A DNA stretch of 64,000 nucleotides from Podospora anserina (Eukaryota): contig CM030338.1 of NCBI GenBank assembly GCA_017654855.1, positions 2,356,001 to 2,420,000 on the forward strand. Direction: 5' to 3'. Positions within the stretch are counted from its first letter, which is position 1; the number at the start of each line of letters is the position of its first letter. The notes below the pieces were generated by a model. The model worked only from the letters and a program-made list of their open reading frames with translations, had not been told where the DNA came from and made no database searches. A program made the position numbers and the translations under genes. This document shows, piece by piece, positions 11,574 to 24,951 of this stretch.

Positions 11574-12967
11574 CTAAGCAAACCACGAATAATCCACCCT
11601 CCGCAGCGCCAACCCTCTTGGATAATTCGGCGTGTTATAAGCACACCCCATTCCCCAATCATACCCAACCGCATACGCAAACATGGTCGCGTCCCAGTTG
11701 AAGCCACAAGCCGTGATACTCCCCCCGGGAGACGGATACGATATCAGTCTAGTTTTCTTAGTCACATTCCAAACCATAACCTGTCCATCCTGACCTGCCG
11801 TCGCCATCACGATCCTCGCCGTCGAGCCATTTTGATGGGCAATATAATTGGCAAAGGCAAGGTCATTGACGGCGGACACGTTCGTCACTTTGCTTGATTC
11901 TTTCGACACTTCACGATGGCACTTGAACGAGAAAGTCACTCCTGACCTAAAAGCGAATAAGACAAGGTCCGGTTAGTAAAAGGCGTAGAGCGAAGCCAGG
12001 GGGCCGAAAGATGGGGGTATACTTCATCGGGTTAGGTTGGGTAGCTCCAAAAGCTACCCTTCCGCCAATACCTCCCACCGCCCAGTATTGACCACCGTGT
12101 TTGACAGCTATGCATCTGATTTGTTGGTCCACAAGAGGCGAGTCGATGACCATCGTGGGTCTTATGGCACTGCTCTGTGTCATCTTTCCCAGGTTGAAGA
12201 TGTGAATCTTGTTGTCTGCTGTCCCCGCGACGAGGGTCGTACCGGACCCATCCATGGCCCATACACGGTCGGTGAGGTTGACGGTGGCGATGGGGTTGGG
12301 TTGCCGCTTGTCCCAGAACCGAAGTGTCTTGTCCCATGACCCAGAAACAAGCAGACCGGTCGAATTCCCGGCGCAGGGAAGGTCCACCCAACGGACGGTC
12401 CTCACAGGGGCTTGGTGACCGGAAAGTGTCATGGTTTGACCTGGCGCGTTGAGATCCATGATGTGGACTTTTCCGTCGGTCGAGGCACCGGCAATCATGT
12501 TCCCTTCCTGTTGGGGTCCAGGTTAGCGGATGTGGACAGCGCAGTGTTGTGTGGTACATGCCTGTTTAAATCACCAGTTTATATATGTTCACGCATATTT
12601 GCTTCCTCCACGTATCACCATCAACATCCGTGGATGCTCCTCGCATCCTCCTAGTGGGTCCTCGATAATCTCGATTCGGTCGAGTGGGCGAATAGATGCA
12701 TCACCTCACTCATCAAAAACTTACTTGGTTGAAATCGCAATCGAGAAAAGGGTGGAGGTTGTTGTTCATGGCGGTGACAGGGCGGATGGAACCTGTGCCG
12801 CCGGCGACGTTTGTTGCATCGTAGATATACACTCTGCCGTCCCAAGCAGAGGCGGCCACATGGTCTGCCTTGGGAGACCATCGGAGGGCGCTGACGGTGT
12901 CCTCGGGCCCTGGAGGGAAAGCAATATCGGCGTCCAAGGTTCCGATGTTTGGTTTTGGGGCGGCCAT
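11574..12967 (-). CDS. RAE1/GLE2-like WD40 protein (divergent); exons ~12967-12726, 12507-12023, 11946-11574
   Basis: PEDTVSALRWSP, ASAWDGRVYIY, SGSWDKTLRFWD, FSFKCHR and FAYAVGYDW are Rae1/Bub3-family motifs. The GT..AG introns join the three ORFs in frame. Confidence 0.8.
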
Positions 12968-14368
12968 TGTGTTGGTAATGAGGTTGTTGATGTATGCCGA
13001 GTAGTTGTTGTTGAATGCTGGATGAACGTTGCAGGATGATTAATTCTTGGAGAGGGTTGGTGGAAGGTTATTATTATAGACAGGGTTTGCGCAAGCAAAA
13101 GCCAAAAGGGGGCAGGATTCCACTGAGGCTTTCCATTGGAACTTTGGGTAGGAGCAATGGGACCTGGGAGTCATCTCGACCACCAAAAGGACTGCTGCCT
13201 GCTGACTCTTCAAAAGCCTAAAAGCTGGCTACATCACCCCTTCACCCCTTTCTCTTCTCTCTTACATTTCACCTTTAGCCAATCGTCCTTATTTGTTGGC
13301 CATGTCTGCTAGGTACTGGCCACAAGTGATAGAGCCAGCCTTTGTTATCTCGTCATTACGGAAGATGGTCTGGTAAAACTGTGGTTATTATATAATCGTC
13401 AAGACCTCAATATAGTGTCATCAAGCCGTGACCGTGTATCCCCTCGTGTCTGCTCGCGCGACTTACAAACACGACACCACGTGACCTCTCTATGGTGGAA
13501 TTCCACTCGCCAGTGACAGCATGCCAAGAAATGCTTCTCCCTCAGTTGCTCCATTATTGACCTCCTGAGAAGCGCAGCCAATGAGCGATGTGCCTATCTT
13601 ATCCTTTCTTTTCCAGCCTCTCACACTCACTCAGCATCTGGTTGATCGCCATTGCATGGCTCAGAGGCGATTAACCCAATTTTCTGCATCCATATTTTTG
13701 TTTTTTTTGGTGGGATGCTATTTTCATCTTACATTGCAAGACGTTTGTGTTTGAGGAATAAGTCGAGCTTGTAATAGTTAGTGTGAATCCGGAGCTTGTG
13801 TCATTGAACGAGATACCTGGATACCTTTGGCCAGATATCTCCTACGACCATATAAGATGTTTTAAATCCTCCCAAAATCATCACTTGCATCTGGTTAATT
13901 GGCCCTCTTGGTAGCTTAACGGCTACCACATGACCATCAATCAAATGTAAGAAATCCCTTTTTGTTCTTCACCCAATGTCTTGCCCTATTGAAGACAAAA
14001 TACCAAGACGCGCGAGTTCGAAAAGTAACTCGGCCGTTCTCTATTCTTTTTCTTCTTTCTCCAACCTTGCTTTCCTATAACCAGCAATGATGCACATCTA
14101 TTACACACACCTCTGTCCCTTTCTTCCACTTACCTTTTTTCACACTCAACAACAAGGTCAATGTTTGTTCAAATCTTGAATTCACTTGATCTACCTCCCC
14201 TCTCCCACACCCAATGTAAATGCAAAACCCTCAGATGCTGCCTACCCAACAAACAAATCCAACCCATACCCAAGCCAAACGCCACGCCCATTTCCCCTCT
14301 CGAGAAAACCAGAAGATCCTGCCCCTGACCACCAAAACAACGCCATCAAAATGCAAAGATACGACCCC

Positions 14369-16068
14369 TTAGACCACCAGCAAAACTCCCACCATACCCG
14401 CCACCAACCACACCACCCCAACCTCCAAACCCCTCTTATTCCCAGCACTTATCCCCCCCAAACCATTCGGCCCATCCAACCCCTCCGTCGCCTTGGTCGG
14501 ATTCTCCACCTTCGTCGCCCCCGGCACCCCCCCCTCCCCCTTCCCTATCTCCTCAACCCTCGTCCCCGTACTGTTGAACCTCGTCGCCGCCAACGAAATC
14601 TCGTTATTCTCCAAGTCATAAACCACATACGCACTCCTCAAAAACGTATCCCCCAGCACATTCGTCCCCTCCCCCGCCGGCGCAATCCCAAACAGGCACG
14701 CCTCCGTCCCGTCACTAAAAACCGGCCTCCTCCCCGAGCTCGTCACAAGGTCGAGCACAAGCTCATCCATCCCCACATTGATCGTCGGCTCCGTAAACGT
14801 AAACGACAAAACAGCAGTCTCATTGTCGGCAAGCGAGCAAGGAACATACGCCGCGTTAGCCTCAGGATCGTACTGCGCGTCGACAAGGTCGAAAATATCT
14901 TGCACCATCCGGTCGGGGAGGTACGTCAAGCTGCTGCCGGTATCCAACAGCACAGCCAAGGCGAGATCGCCGCCTACCTGCGCCGAGCCGAGCTCGACTT
15001 TCGTCAACGTGATCATAAACTCGGCGTACACCCCCGCCTCGGATTCCACCGGGAGGGACATCAACGGGGGAACAAACTTTTCCGTGTCGACACCGCCAAA
15101 CAGAATATTCCCCGTGTCAGCGTCGAGGTCGTTCAGCCACAGGGAATAAGCGTTTGTTTGGATCAGCCCGTCGGCCACCATTTGCGCGGGGAGGTTGTTG
15201 TAAGGTCTCATTCCTGCCCTGCCGACTTGGACTTCGTTGATCGGGTACCCTATCCCGAGGATGCCCTGGGCGTTGTTGGACGAGTATCCTATGCCAAACT
15301 GCAACCTGTCCAGCGTGGCGTCGCCAAAGGTGACGGTGTCGGAAACGTAATCCCCCGAGGCGCCGGAGCCGTCGACGTAGGAGATGTTGAACCAGGAGCC
15401 GATGTACTCGTACGTGCTTGAGCCGTTGGCCGAGTAAGTGCCGGCGTATTTACAGGGCGCTGAGGACTGGGTGCATAGGGAGGAGGATGGGGTGTTGACC
15501 CAGAGGTCGGACGAGCCGGTGTCGAGGTGTAGACGGAGGGATTTTGGTGGGGTGCCGATTGTGCCGTTGATGAAGTAGAGGGTTTCCTAGAAACGTGTAA
15601 GTGTTTACCATCCTGACACATTATTCGACGCCAAAAAAAAAAGGAAAAAAGGAAAAAAAGAAGAAAAAAAGAAAAGAAGAAGAAAAGAAGAAGAAAAGAA
15701 GAAGAAAAGAAGAAGAAAAGAAGAAGAAAAGAAGAAGAAAAGAAGAAGAAAAGAAGAAGAAAAGAAGAAGAAAAGAAAAAAAGAAAAAAAGAAAAGAAAA
15801 AAAACAAGAATAAAAGGAAAAAAAAAGAAAAAAAGGAACGTACCTGATTGTCCAAATCGACCTCCACGCTCCCTCTCTTTCTTAGATGATCTCGATGTAA
15901 TGGGTTTTTGGGCGTCCTCCTCTGAATATCCATCCCCACAACCCTCGGTCCACTTCCATCTCTTCGTTGTTGTTGTTGTGTTGGCGTCGTCGATGGCAAA
16001 GAGAGAGCGTCTATCGTCTGACCCGCAAGCGAGGCTGCAACAACCAAAAGAGAAGTGGCTGTCTTCAT
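14369..16068 (-). CDS. Secreted, probably GPI-anchored aspartic protease (yapsin/OpsB-like); exons 16068-15844, 15586-14369
   Basis: Signal peptide MKTATSLLVVAASLAG, propeptide ending LRKR, two catalytic motifs (LDTGSSDLWV and LLDTGSSLTY), and a hydrophobic C-terminal tail typical of a GPI signal. Confidence 0.9.
15631..15836. repeat. Purine-rich compound microsatellite (AAG/AAAAG) inside the protease intron
   Basis: About 200 bp made almost entirely of A/G on the + strand, with repeating AAGAAGAAAAG units. Confidence 0.9.
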
Positions 16069-16220
16069 CCTTCCGTTGCTCTCGAAAAGAATATGAGTGT
16101 ATGGTCTCGAGTATAAGAATGTAGTCGAACAACCAACGACACAAACAAACCCAACAATCTCTTCCAAGAAACCGCTTATTGCAGTAGTTGCTATAATGGC
16201 AGCATGAGGTACAACTTCAC

Positions 16221-16222
<2 letters not shown>

Positions 16223-16256
<34 letters not shown>
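16223..16256. repeat. Poly(dA) tract upstream of the protease ATG
   Basis: Uninterrupted run of about 34 A. Confidence 0.85.
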
Positions 16257-16258
<2 letters not shown>

Positions 16259-18349
16259 AAAGAGTGAATGACTATATGTAAAGCCCCCCTTCGTCAAGGT
16301 CCCCTGTCTCTACTTAGGTCCCGAGTGGTTGGTAAGGGCAGCAGGATAGCGGCCGGCGAACAGACGTTCAGAAAAAGAGCAAAAAGCGCAAACCCGTTTG
16401 TGCTCGGCAACCGCAAGGACCTAAAAAGGGAATAAGAGCAAACTCCTCCTTCCCAAGAACGCGACGTGCGGCAGTGTGGGTAGCTCGTGTACGTAGGCCA
16501 AGGCCCGAGCCGGCACGACTTGTTCTTTGCGTTCTTGGTGTCGAAGAGGGAGGGGGCCGAGTGGCAACTACCTTGCCTGCTAAGGTAGGTAAATGTGCCA
16601 AAAACAGAAAGAAGAGAAAGGTTTAAAATAAAATTGCCCGCAAGAGGGCGAGGGTCAAAGAAAAGGAAGGGACGAAGGGAAGAGAAAGAAAGGAAAGAAG
16701 GAAGGAGCGAGACCCAAGCCCGAACCAGCGAACCAAACACAACTGGGAAAAGAAGACAGAAAGAGAAGAGGTTTTGGAGATGGAACCGGACTCCTTCATC
16801 AGTCACTTGTCCAATTCATCATCGATCATCCCCTCCAGAGTCCCAGAGGAGCCGGGAACCGGGGGCCCGGTTTGGCTTGAGAGAGGGGGCGGGTAAGATG
16901 CATTGCGTGCCATCTCTTTCACTCGCCGTGGCTCTCTCTTCACCGTTCAGACTGAAACGATGGGCAGAGAGGCAGGCAAAGTTGAGGATCTGGCGGACCA
17001 GGATCATGACGGATGCCAATGTCCATATCGGGGTCATTGATCTTTGGCAGCTTCTCCTTCCTTCTGTCGTTGAAGATCTGCGACATTGCGACCCAGGAAA
17101 ATATTTAGCGTCGATGTTAGCATGTCTCGCTACTGAGCCCTTCAACCCTGTGCTGATTGGCTTTCCGATATCTTCACCCGTTTGTCCCGTTGAGGAGATA
17201 ATCGTCAAGAAGGGCCGACATTCCAACCATGAGGAAACAAAGGGTATTATCAAGTGTACGCGCGGCCAGTTCCATCGCAATTCCTTGGAGATGGACCCCC
17301 GGATTCCCAAGTCTGTGGAGAAGAGGTGTGGTAGAGGCCGTTTTGGGTAGCCGGGCTATCCCGTGCCCCTCACGTCTTCGTCATCATACTAGTGAGCGGC
17401 CGGATCGTCCGGATGGGCTGTTCCTGGGAAGCTTTCAACGACGTGGGGAAGCAGATGAAACGTCGACCAGATCTGATACAGCCCATCTGTGCACAATGCG
17501 CTGCGTGGGTGTGGTTGCGTGGACATCAGGGTCATAGCTGACTGTGAAAGATATAAAAGCGCGTTCAGGCCATCTCCAGACTAGTCTCCGAGGGAACTGG
17601 GTGATTGGGAATGCTCTTCTTTGGCTCAGCAATCGAGATATAAAAAGCGCTCCTTGAGGATAGAGTTGGGGCTAATACCCATGGTGTTGTTTCTGCTGGT
17701 ATTAGCGGCCGTTGTTGAATTGTCCGGGGAAGCCTGAAGATTTATTGTGGGGCATCAAATGCTGGGTAGGTAAACTTCACTCACTTACACCCCCTCTCAT
17801 ACCCTACATAAAAGAATCTTGCGCAACCCAACCCCCAATTCCCAACCCCGACAGCTTGCCTCCCGTCTCACATCGGACATTTCTGTCGGCTGTCAAAATG
17901 CCATTCCTGACACGCCAATCACATCCCCCATATGTATCCCCAACCGCAGCTCCTTCCGCCCGCAAGACATCGCCAAGCAACATGAACTCGTCAGCTGCTC
18001 TCTTTCGCGGCCTGTGCGACCCAAAGAACCTCCACGTTGGAACACACGTATAGATTGGAGGAAGGAAACCCTTTTATTGTGCTGCCTAGATGCCTCGCAA
18101 AGTTGATGCTCAGCTGGGAAGAGGTAGCTACGGAGAGGTAGGTAAGCTGGTATTAATAGCAAGAGGAGAGAGCTGGTTTTGCCTTTGAGCCATTGCGGTT
18201 GTCCATCATCAATCAATCTTTGTACATGACAGACAAGATTAAAGCTATCACGATATCCCCAACTCCAACGAACCTCAAATCCCATCTATCTCTCTCTCTC
18301 TCTCTCCCGCTAAAGACTACCTGCTACAACGAGGACGACAACAGCAAAC

Positions 18350-18973
18350 ATGGACGAAGCACACTACAGAGACCTCGATCGATGGTACTCTTCCCTTCTC
18401 CTCTCCCCAATACACACCCAACTAACCTCCATCCGTCAACAGCCCAGACTACTCCGTCAGCCTCCCCCTCCTTAAAAAAAAAAAAAAAAACACCCCCTGA
18501 TTACCCTCTAGCCCTTCTTCGGAGCGCTAGGCTGCGCCCTCTCCATAATCCTCACCGTCTTCGGCGCCTCCTACGGCACCGCCAAGTCCTCTGCCGGGCT
18601 CTTCTCCTCCGGCGTCCTCCGCCCCGACCGCGTCATGCAAAACACCCTCCCCACCATCATGTCCCAAATCCTCTCCATCTACGGCCTCGTAATCTCAGTC
18701 ATCATATCCTCCTCCCTGATCGAGTCCGTCCCCCTCTTCACCTCGTTCCTCCACCTAGCCGCCGGCCTCTCCGTCGGCCTCTGCGGTCTCGCCGCCGGCT
18801 TCTCCATCGGCATCGTCGGCGACGCGGGCATCCGGGCGTCTACCCAGCAGCCTAGGCTCTACACCGGCATGGTCCTCATCCTCATCTTTGCTGAGGTGTT
18901 GGGGTTGTATGGCGTTATTGTTAGTATTCTCATGATCACTAGGAGTAGGGAGGGGAGGGCTTGTTTGGAGTAA
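18350..18973 (+). CDS. V-ATPase proteolipid c-type subunit (Vma3/Vma11 family, divergent); exons 18350-18384, 18443-18455, 18512-18973
   Basis: Spliced product MDEAHYRDLDRCPDYSPFFGALGC...GASYGTAKS...GVLRPD...IYGLVISVII...GIVGDAGIRASTQQPRLYTGMVLILIFAEVLGLYG, which retains the TM4 Glu. Confidence 0.88.
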
Positions 18974-19154
18974 GAACACCATCAAGGCTTTTGAGCAGAG
19001 GGGGAGAGACGGGAACGGTCGGTGTTTGATAAATCGAGGGTATCAACGTTTCGCTCTCTGCTTTCTACGTCATATAAATTCCATCTTGGTCTCATCACAC
19101 CTCACTCGGGTTGTTAAAAATACGCTCACCACCCTGACATCATAACCCCCCCCT

Positions 19155-22100
19155 TTACAAAGCCCACTCCTCCAAATCCTCCCCCTCCGCCACAAAGGGC
19201 TCATTAATCCTCCTAACAGCATAATCACTGCACAAAATACTGTTCTCTTTCGTCAGCCAAACATCTCAGCCTCTCCGCTTCGGAAAAAAAACTCACCAAG
19301 CATCAGCAACCAACCCATCCAACTCCCTCACCACCCTCTCCCTCCTCTCCCCCTTCACCACCCCCTTCCCAATCAGCCCCTGAATCTCCCTGATCCTCCT
19401 CCCCTTCGCCGCCCCGCTCTGCTCCAGCACCCTCCTCCCCAAACAGTCACTGTGAAACGCGTGCTGACACGGAAAAACAAAAAACTGCCTCGCCAGCAGC
19501 GGCAGCCCGCAAACATAGCACTTCTCCCCGGGCTCCACAATCGCGTACCTCCTGTCCAGCGCCGCAATGTCGACCTTGATGTTCGCCGCTGTCAGGCTGC
19601 TCTCGTCCATCTCCTTCCGCAACGCATCAATGCTCCGGCTGTACTCCTCCAGCGCATTGCAAATCTCCTCTTTGAAATCGTCAATCACGACGAAATCTGG
19701 AAAAAACGGGATCAAATCTTCAATCTTGAGGAGGTCGTTGCAGCGCTTGAGGAACTCAATCGCGGCCTTGATGCCGTTGGATTGCGAAATGACCTTTTTC
19801 GCGACAGCAAGCCAGAGTTTTTTCCGCAACGCGGGGTTCGACATGGGCCGGTCGGCAACGATGGACGCGAGCTCGATCTTGTCGTGCGACAGGGCCAGGT
19901 CCACAGCCTGGACGTACTGTCCCATGCTGGTGTAAATATGTGCGCAAGACAGGACCCGGTGGTTCTGTATGCACAACCTCAGCGCGAAATCCTGGTCGAA
20001 ATTCGGCTCGTCCCCCTGTGAGGCGAGATAGGCCATGAGCTGGGACTCGTCCGTTGACGAGTGCGAAGCGTAAATCGACACCAGAGTGTTGTGAACAGCC
20101 GCGTCTGTCGAGCCGAGCTGGTTAACCACATACTGCAGATACCGAACAGCCTGGTTCTGACTCAACGGCCCCTTGAAGTTCCTGTCATACTCCAGCAACG
20201 CCGGGATCAAATTCCGTGGGTCAAGGTTGCTCTGTCGCATCAAGATATCGACCAGCTCGGTAGCGGCATGCGTCATAAGCACGCTGCTGTGCCGGTAAAA
20301 CACCCCGGCATCGGTCTGCCTCTTGAGCACCTTGAGCGCCTCCGACCACCTCTCCCTCTGAACCCAGTACGACAAGACATAATTGTAGTCGTTGATGACA
20401 TTGGCATAATACAGCAGCTCCTCCTCCCGGCCATGGCTGCTGATGATATCATAGACAGTCTGCCGGTCAAGATCCTGCTTGTGCTTCGTGACAAAGTCCT
20501 GAAACTCTGCCCTCACGGCCTCGAGCTGCTCTCTCGTCTGGGTCGGGCTCAACGTCTCAGACAACTCCGCCCCTGTGATGATAGTGTCATCCAGCGAGTT
20601 GAGCTTGGCCATAAACACCTCCACCAACCAAGCCGCAATCATGACCCTCTGCATCACAAACGACCTCTTGTACGTGCCCAGCTTGGTCAGCAAGTACTTC
20701 CTCAGCGCATCCGGCTGGTCGTTGTCGATGAACGTCAACGCCACCTCCTCAAACGGCTTGCTGCTCTTCCCATACACCCCCGCCGCCTCGTTGTGCTGCC
20801 CCTTTCCCACCATGTGATCCCCATGCGCAATCGCCACCGCATCCTTCTGCGCGGGCGTGCGCGCGTGCTGCAGCGCTGCCTCAAAGTCCTCAAACTTGAG
20901 CATAATCTTCCAAATATCCCTATCCTCCTCCTTGGGCACAATCTCCAATATCTCCTGCGGCGTAAACAACCAGAAAGTGTTCTTCTGAACATCCACGCTC
21001 AACCCCACCGCCCTCTGCCCCTGCTCCAGCGCAATCTGATCATAGACAATATCCCCCGTCAGCCGATTGGCAACCACCACCCTCCTCCCAACCAAGCAAA
21101 TAACATGCCACTGCGTCAACGCCACAGCCTCGACGTCATCCGTCGAAACCTGCCTCTTCCCCCCCGCAGCCTCCACCCCATTCGGATTCGTCAGCTGCCC
21201 CTTGGCCAACAGCCTCCCCTCATTGAAAACCCTGCTCCCCAAATCCCCCGTGTTCCCATCCACCAACAGCCGTCCATGAAACACCCCCTGCGAACTCAAC
21301 CAAGCAAACGCCCTCTCGGGCACCTCTTCCTCCCTGAACCTCGTCGGATTAACCCCCTGCTCCACCACATCCGGGCTCACCACCAAACTCCCTCCCTGCC
21401 CCGGCCTCCCATCCCCAAAACTCACCGGCTGCTCCCCCTCAAACAACCCCCCATAAATCCCTTGGTGCCCCTCATGCCCCCTCCTCCCCACCTTTCCAAC
21501 CCAGTGCATCAGCCTCCCCCGCGTAGCCACCAACACCCTCCTCACCTCCCCGCTCCTATCCCCCCCAGGCAGGGAATCAACCCACAACCCCGTCACCGGC
21601 CCACCCTCACCAACCTTCCAAACCAGCTTCACATACTTATCCTCCTTGCGATAAAACTCATTACTTTGTTCAACAAACGCCTCATAGATATTCCCATCCG
21701 CCGCACCAATCAATATCTCCCTCGTACTACTCGTCGGCAGCGCAGGCGACCAGGCCACCGCCTCGATGGAGACACCCCGGAGTTTTGCCAGGGGGCGGGG
21801 GGTGTCGGACTGGGAGTGGAGGTAGTAGTTTTCCCCGAGGGAGGTAGCGATGAGGAGGTGGGAGGCGGTCGGGTCGAGGAACATGCGGCGGATGATGCCT
21901 GATTCGGAGGGTTTTTTGGGAAGGTGGATGTCTATATCATTAGCGTCTGATACTCAGAGGGTGGGGGGGGGGGAGAGAGAGAAAGAAATACCCTGAATCT
22001 CATCAGGTCTGTTGAGATCAATCCTCAGGATCCGCCCCGACGAAAGAGCGAGGATGATCACATTGTTGGCTACCTGTCCCGCGACAAAGTCGTCGTAGAT

Positions 22101-22238
22101 AGGGAACTGGAGCTGGACTTGCTCGACGTTGAATAAAGGCAGAGCGGTATCAGTGGCGAGGTCGGTGAGGGCGTCGGCAGCGACGAAACCGCCGTTCGTC
22201 GTGGTGGTGGTGGTGATGGTGGTTGGTTCGAGTGCCAT
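19155..22238 (-). CDS. VPS18: Vacuolar protein sorting Pep3/Vps18 (HOPS/CORVET subunit); exons 22238-21992, 21931-19297, 19239-19155
   Basis: N-terminal Pep3 region (MFLDPTASHLLI), clathrin-repeat-like middle, LLKIEDLIPFFPDFVVIDDFKEEIC, and a C-terminal RING (CYVC..FFVFPCQHAFHSDC..CILC) completed by the last exon. Confidence 0.93.
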
Positions 22239-23064
22239 GACGGGTTATGTGGATGGTGGAGAGACGTGGTGGTTTGAATGTTTCCGTTAGGCTTTTAGAT
22301 GGTACGCATTGTGGGTTGGGGGGGTTGGTTTGTGTCTTGTTGACCAGAATTGGGTTCCTTCAACCGAAAGAAAAGTGATGTCGTCGTCGCAAAAAGTTGG
22401 AGTTAGCTACCTACCTAAAGCAAGTTGTGTTGTTGCGTTGCAGAAGGCACCACCACCGCTGATCGGCAATGTGATGCGCCGCCACAGAGGTGCACCCAAG
22501 GTACCCCGAACCTATAGCTCCAAAGGCAAGCTTCCGTCCCCCTTCCCTACGGGAACCCCCAACCACCGACCATCCGGCTCCCGGTCAGCCCCACATGACA
22601 CCCCCCTATACAAACTTCTCCTGTTGCTCCTGTTCGTCATCTGATTCATCCCACGTGTGGACAATACATGTTTAAATGATTTGCATGCAATGCTATATAC
22701 ATAGAGTTGTTGGTTCGGGTATCTATATATACAAAAAAGAAATATCATCCATCCAGTCCTCCCCCTCGAGAAAGAATATCAAAAAAAGCAACAGAGAGGG
22801 AGGGATGGGGCCAGCTCAATAAATACGAAAATGATGAGCACACTCCCGCCCCATCTCCAGCTCCCCGGACATCAATCTCGTGTCCCTCTGCCGTTTCCCT
22901 CATCATAAAGATAACAACCCCAAGCTCAGCAGCCCCCCAACCGTGATAGCCAGCAGCAGTCCTAAAATAAAAATAAAATAAAAAAAGAAGCCGACATGTG
23001 CCAATCTACCCTGGTGTCCTCCCCCCGTTGTTCTTGATCACATCATGATATCTCGCTGCCTCCC

Positions 23065-24523
23065 TCACCCCATTGGTTCGTCCGATAACCTTTGCATTGT
23101 CCGTACCGACCTACCCCCAATCGTGCTCTCATCCCCGCTATAATCATTCAGTTCCCCATTCTCCGCCAGCCCCTTCGCCGTCCACTGCCCAGGCACCAGC
23201 GGTTTCCTTCCCACCATGACACGCAACTTGACCACAAACGAACTCAACCTGTCCGGATCATCCGCAATCGCCTTCGTCTCCTTCGAAACGGTATCGCACA
23301 GACCCCTGACATACTTCTCATCCATGTCCAGATACTTGGTCAGCAACCTCAAACACTGAGCCTCGATACCCGTCACAATGGAAAACAGCCAAAACTTTCC
23401 ATAGCTGGCGTTTTCCCTCGACCCAATACCGAGGTCGTAAACCTGCTCCTTGATGTCGACAAACCCTGCTTGAATCAACAAGTCCTTATTCATATGCACC
23501 CCCCTAGGTCGTCCAGCCCGTTCCGCCGCTTCGATGGATGCCTTGGTGAGAATATGCGCCGCTGACCCTTCGGGAAAGAAGGACAAATAGTTATCATCCG
23601 AGAACAAATCGTCCCAGTCAATCACCTCGATCCACCCCCCGGGCTTGATGCACATGAACGCCTGACTGTAGATAAACGACCAGTCCGTAAAACACCCGTC
23701 CATGCTCCGAATATGCACCAAGTCCACTGCATCCATCGGTCTTATCCATTCGTCCTCGGCGTTTTCAATGTGAAATTCGATGTTGAGCGGCACCTGGTCC
23801 GTCGGCTGGATAGGCGCAATATCCGTCCCAAATACTTCGCAGCGAGGGTACTTTTCCGCCATGCCGATCGCCCACTCCCCAATACCCGTCCCAATGTCCA
23901 GGATGTACTGTGGGTTGTCCAGTGGCACTGTGGTAAGTTCAAGGTCGAATAGCTTCAGAAACACCTGATGCACCACGTATTGCCGCGTCTGTTCGGTTTC
24001 GTCAATCGGCATGTAGTAGTCGCCGCAGTATGTTCGTCCATATTCTTCTATGTAATCGACATCTTCGGCGTAAAGCGTTCGGGACGAGTCTCTGCGAGTC
24101 GTGGTTAGTTTGCACATCCCATGTGGGGGCTGAAGAGATTCGGAGAACAAACATTGTCGCGGCGTCCATCCCATACTCGAATGGATATTCGACCTGGTGG
24201 GCCGGTTGGACGGTAGGGTAGGTGCTCATGGCGTACACCGACCGGGCGTGACCCGGGCGCTCTTCTTCCTCCTCGTAGCCGTTTCCTTCCAAGTCCTCGT
24301 CCCCGTCTTCGTCAACCTCCAACACAACCCTCCTATCCCCTTCCACAACCACCACTCGATATTCCGTCTCGGGGTCCGTGTCGACCTCGATAGGTTCGCC
24401 AAACGTGCAGGGTGGTGGAGTCTTGTCAACCGGCGATCGACAACGCGACTCCTCCTTCTTTTGCACGTCGTGCGTAGCAGGCAACAAGCCGTTTCCGTTT
24501 CTGATAGTCTCGACCGAGTTCAT
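23065..24523 (-). CDS. SAM-dependent methyltransferase, LaeA-like family; exons 24523-24177, 24091-23065
   Basis: YGRTY...YYMPIDETEQ, ILDIGTGIGEWAI (motif I), FGTDIAPIQP, DLVHIR and IKPGGWIE. Confidence 0.87.
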
Positions 24524-24893
24524 CGCCACTGTTCGTCACTGTCCTATTTTCTCCCTTTGCCTTTCCTAAGCACTGCTGACTGTGTCCTCCCACCTCGGCC
24601 GCTTTCCCCCATGAGAGTTGTCCCGACAAGATATCCTGCTCACAAAGCTGCTACTCGACTAGGTAGAGGTGACGGCGCATAGGGTAGGATTCGAAAGGCG
24701 CAACACGCGCGCAATTGTCTCGGTTGTTTGTAGGGAACGAGAAAGGCGTTTTAATTGTTGCCGATCCCACCATGGGTCAAGTGAGAGGGATTTGGGGATG
24801 TGTGACCACAACCGGCTGTTGTTCCCCGTGTGAGGCAAACCGCGGGTGCGAGAGCCGAGAGGGCGGATATGGTATCAAACCCGGCTCTGGCCA

Positions 24894-24894
<1 letters not shown>

Positions 24895-24936
<42 letters not shown>

Positions 24937-24951
24937 AGATACACACACACC
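24895..24951. repeat. (CA)n microsatellite
   Basis: Long CA dinucleotide run. Confidence 0.9.

Noticed and set aside
11320-11576. TAG stop of the RAE1-like gene followed by ~44 open codons and a second TAG (11441-11439)
   Set aside because: The read-through sequence is GT-rich, 3'UTR-like and has no recognisable motif, unlike the SNF5 case. Not supportable without editing data.
20061-21902. 613-aa + strand ORF, and similar long antisense ORFs at 14186-15421, 27507-28349 and 49042-50184
   Set aside because: They are antisense shadows of VPS18, the protease, the dehydratase and the PUF gene, caused by codon bias. The translations are low-complexity and motif-free.
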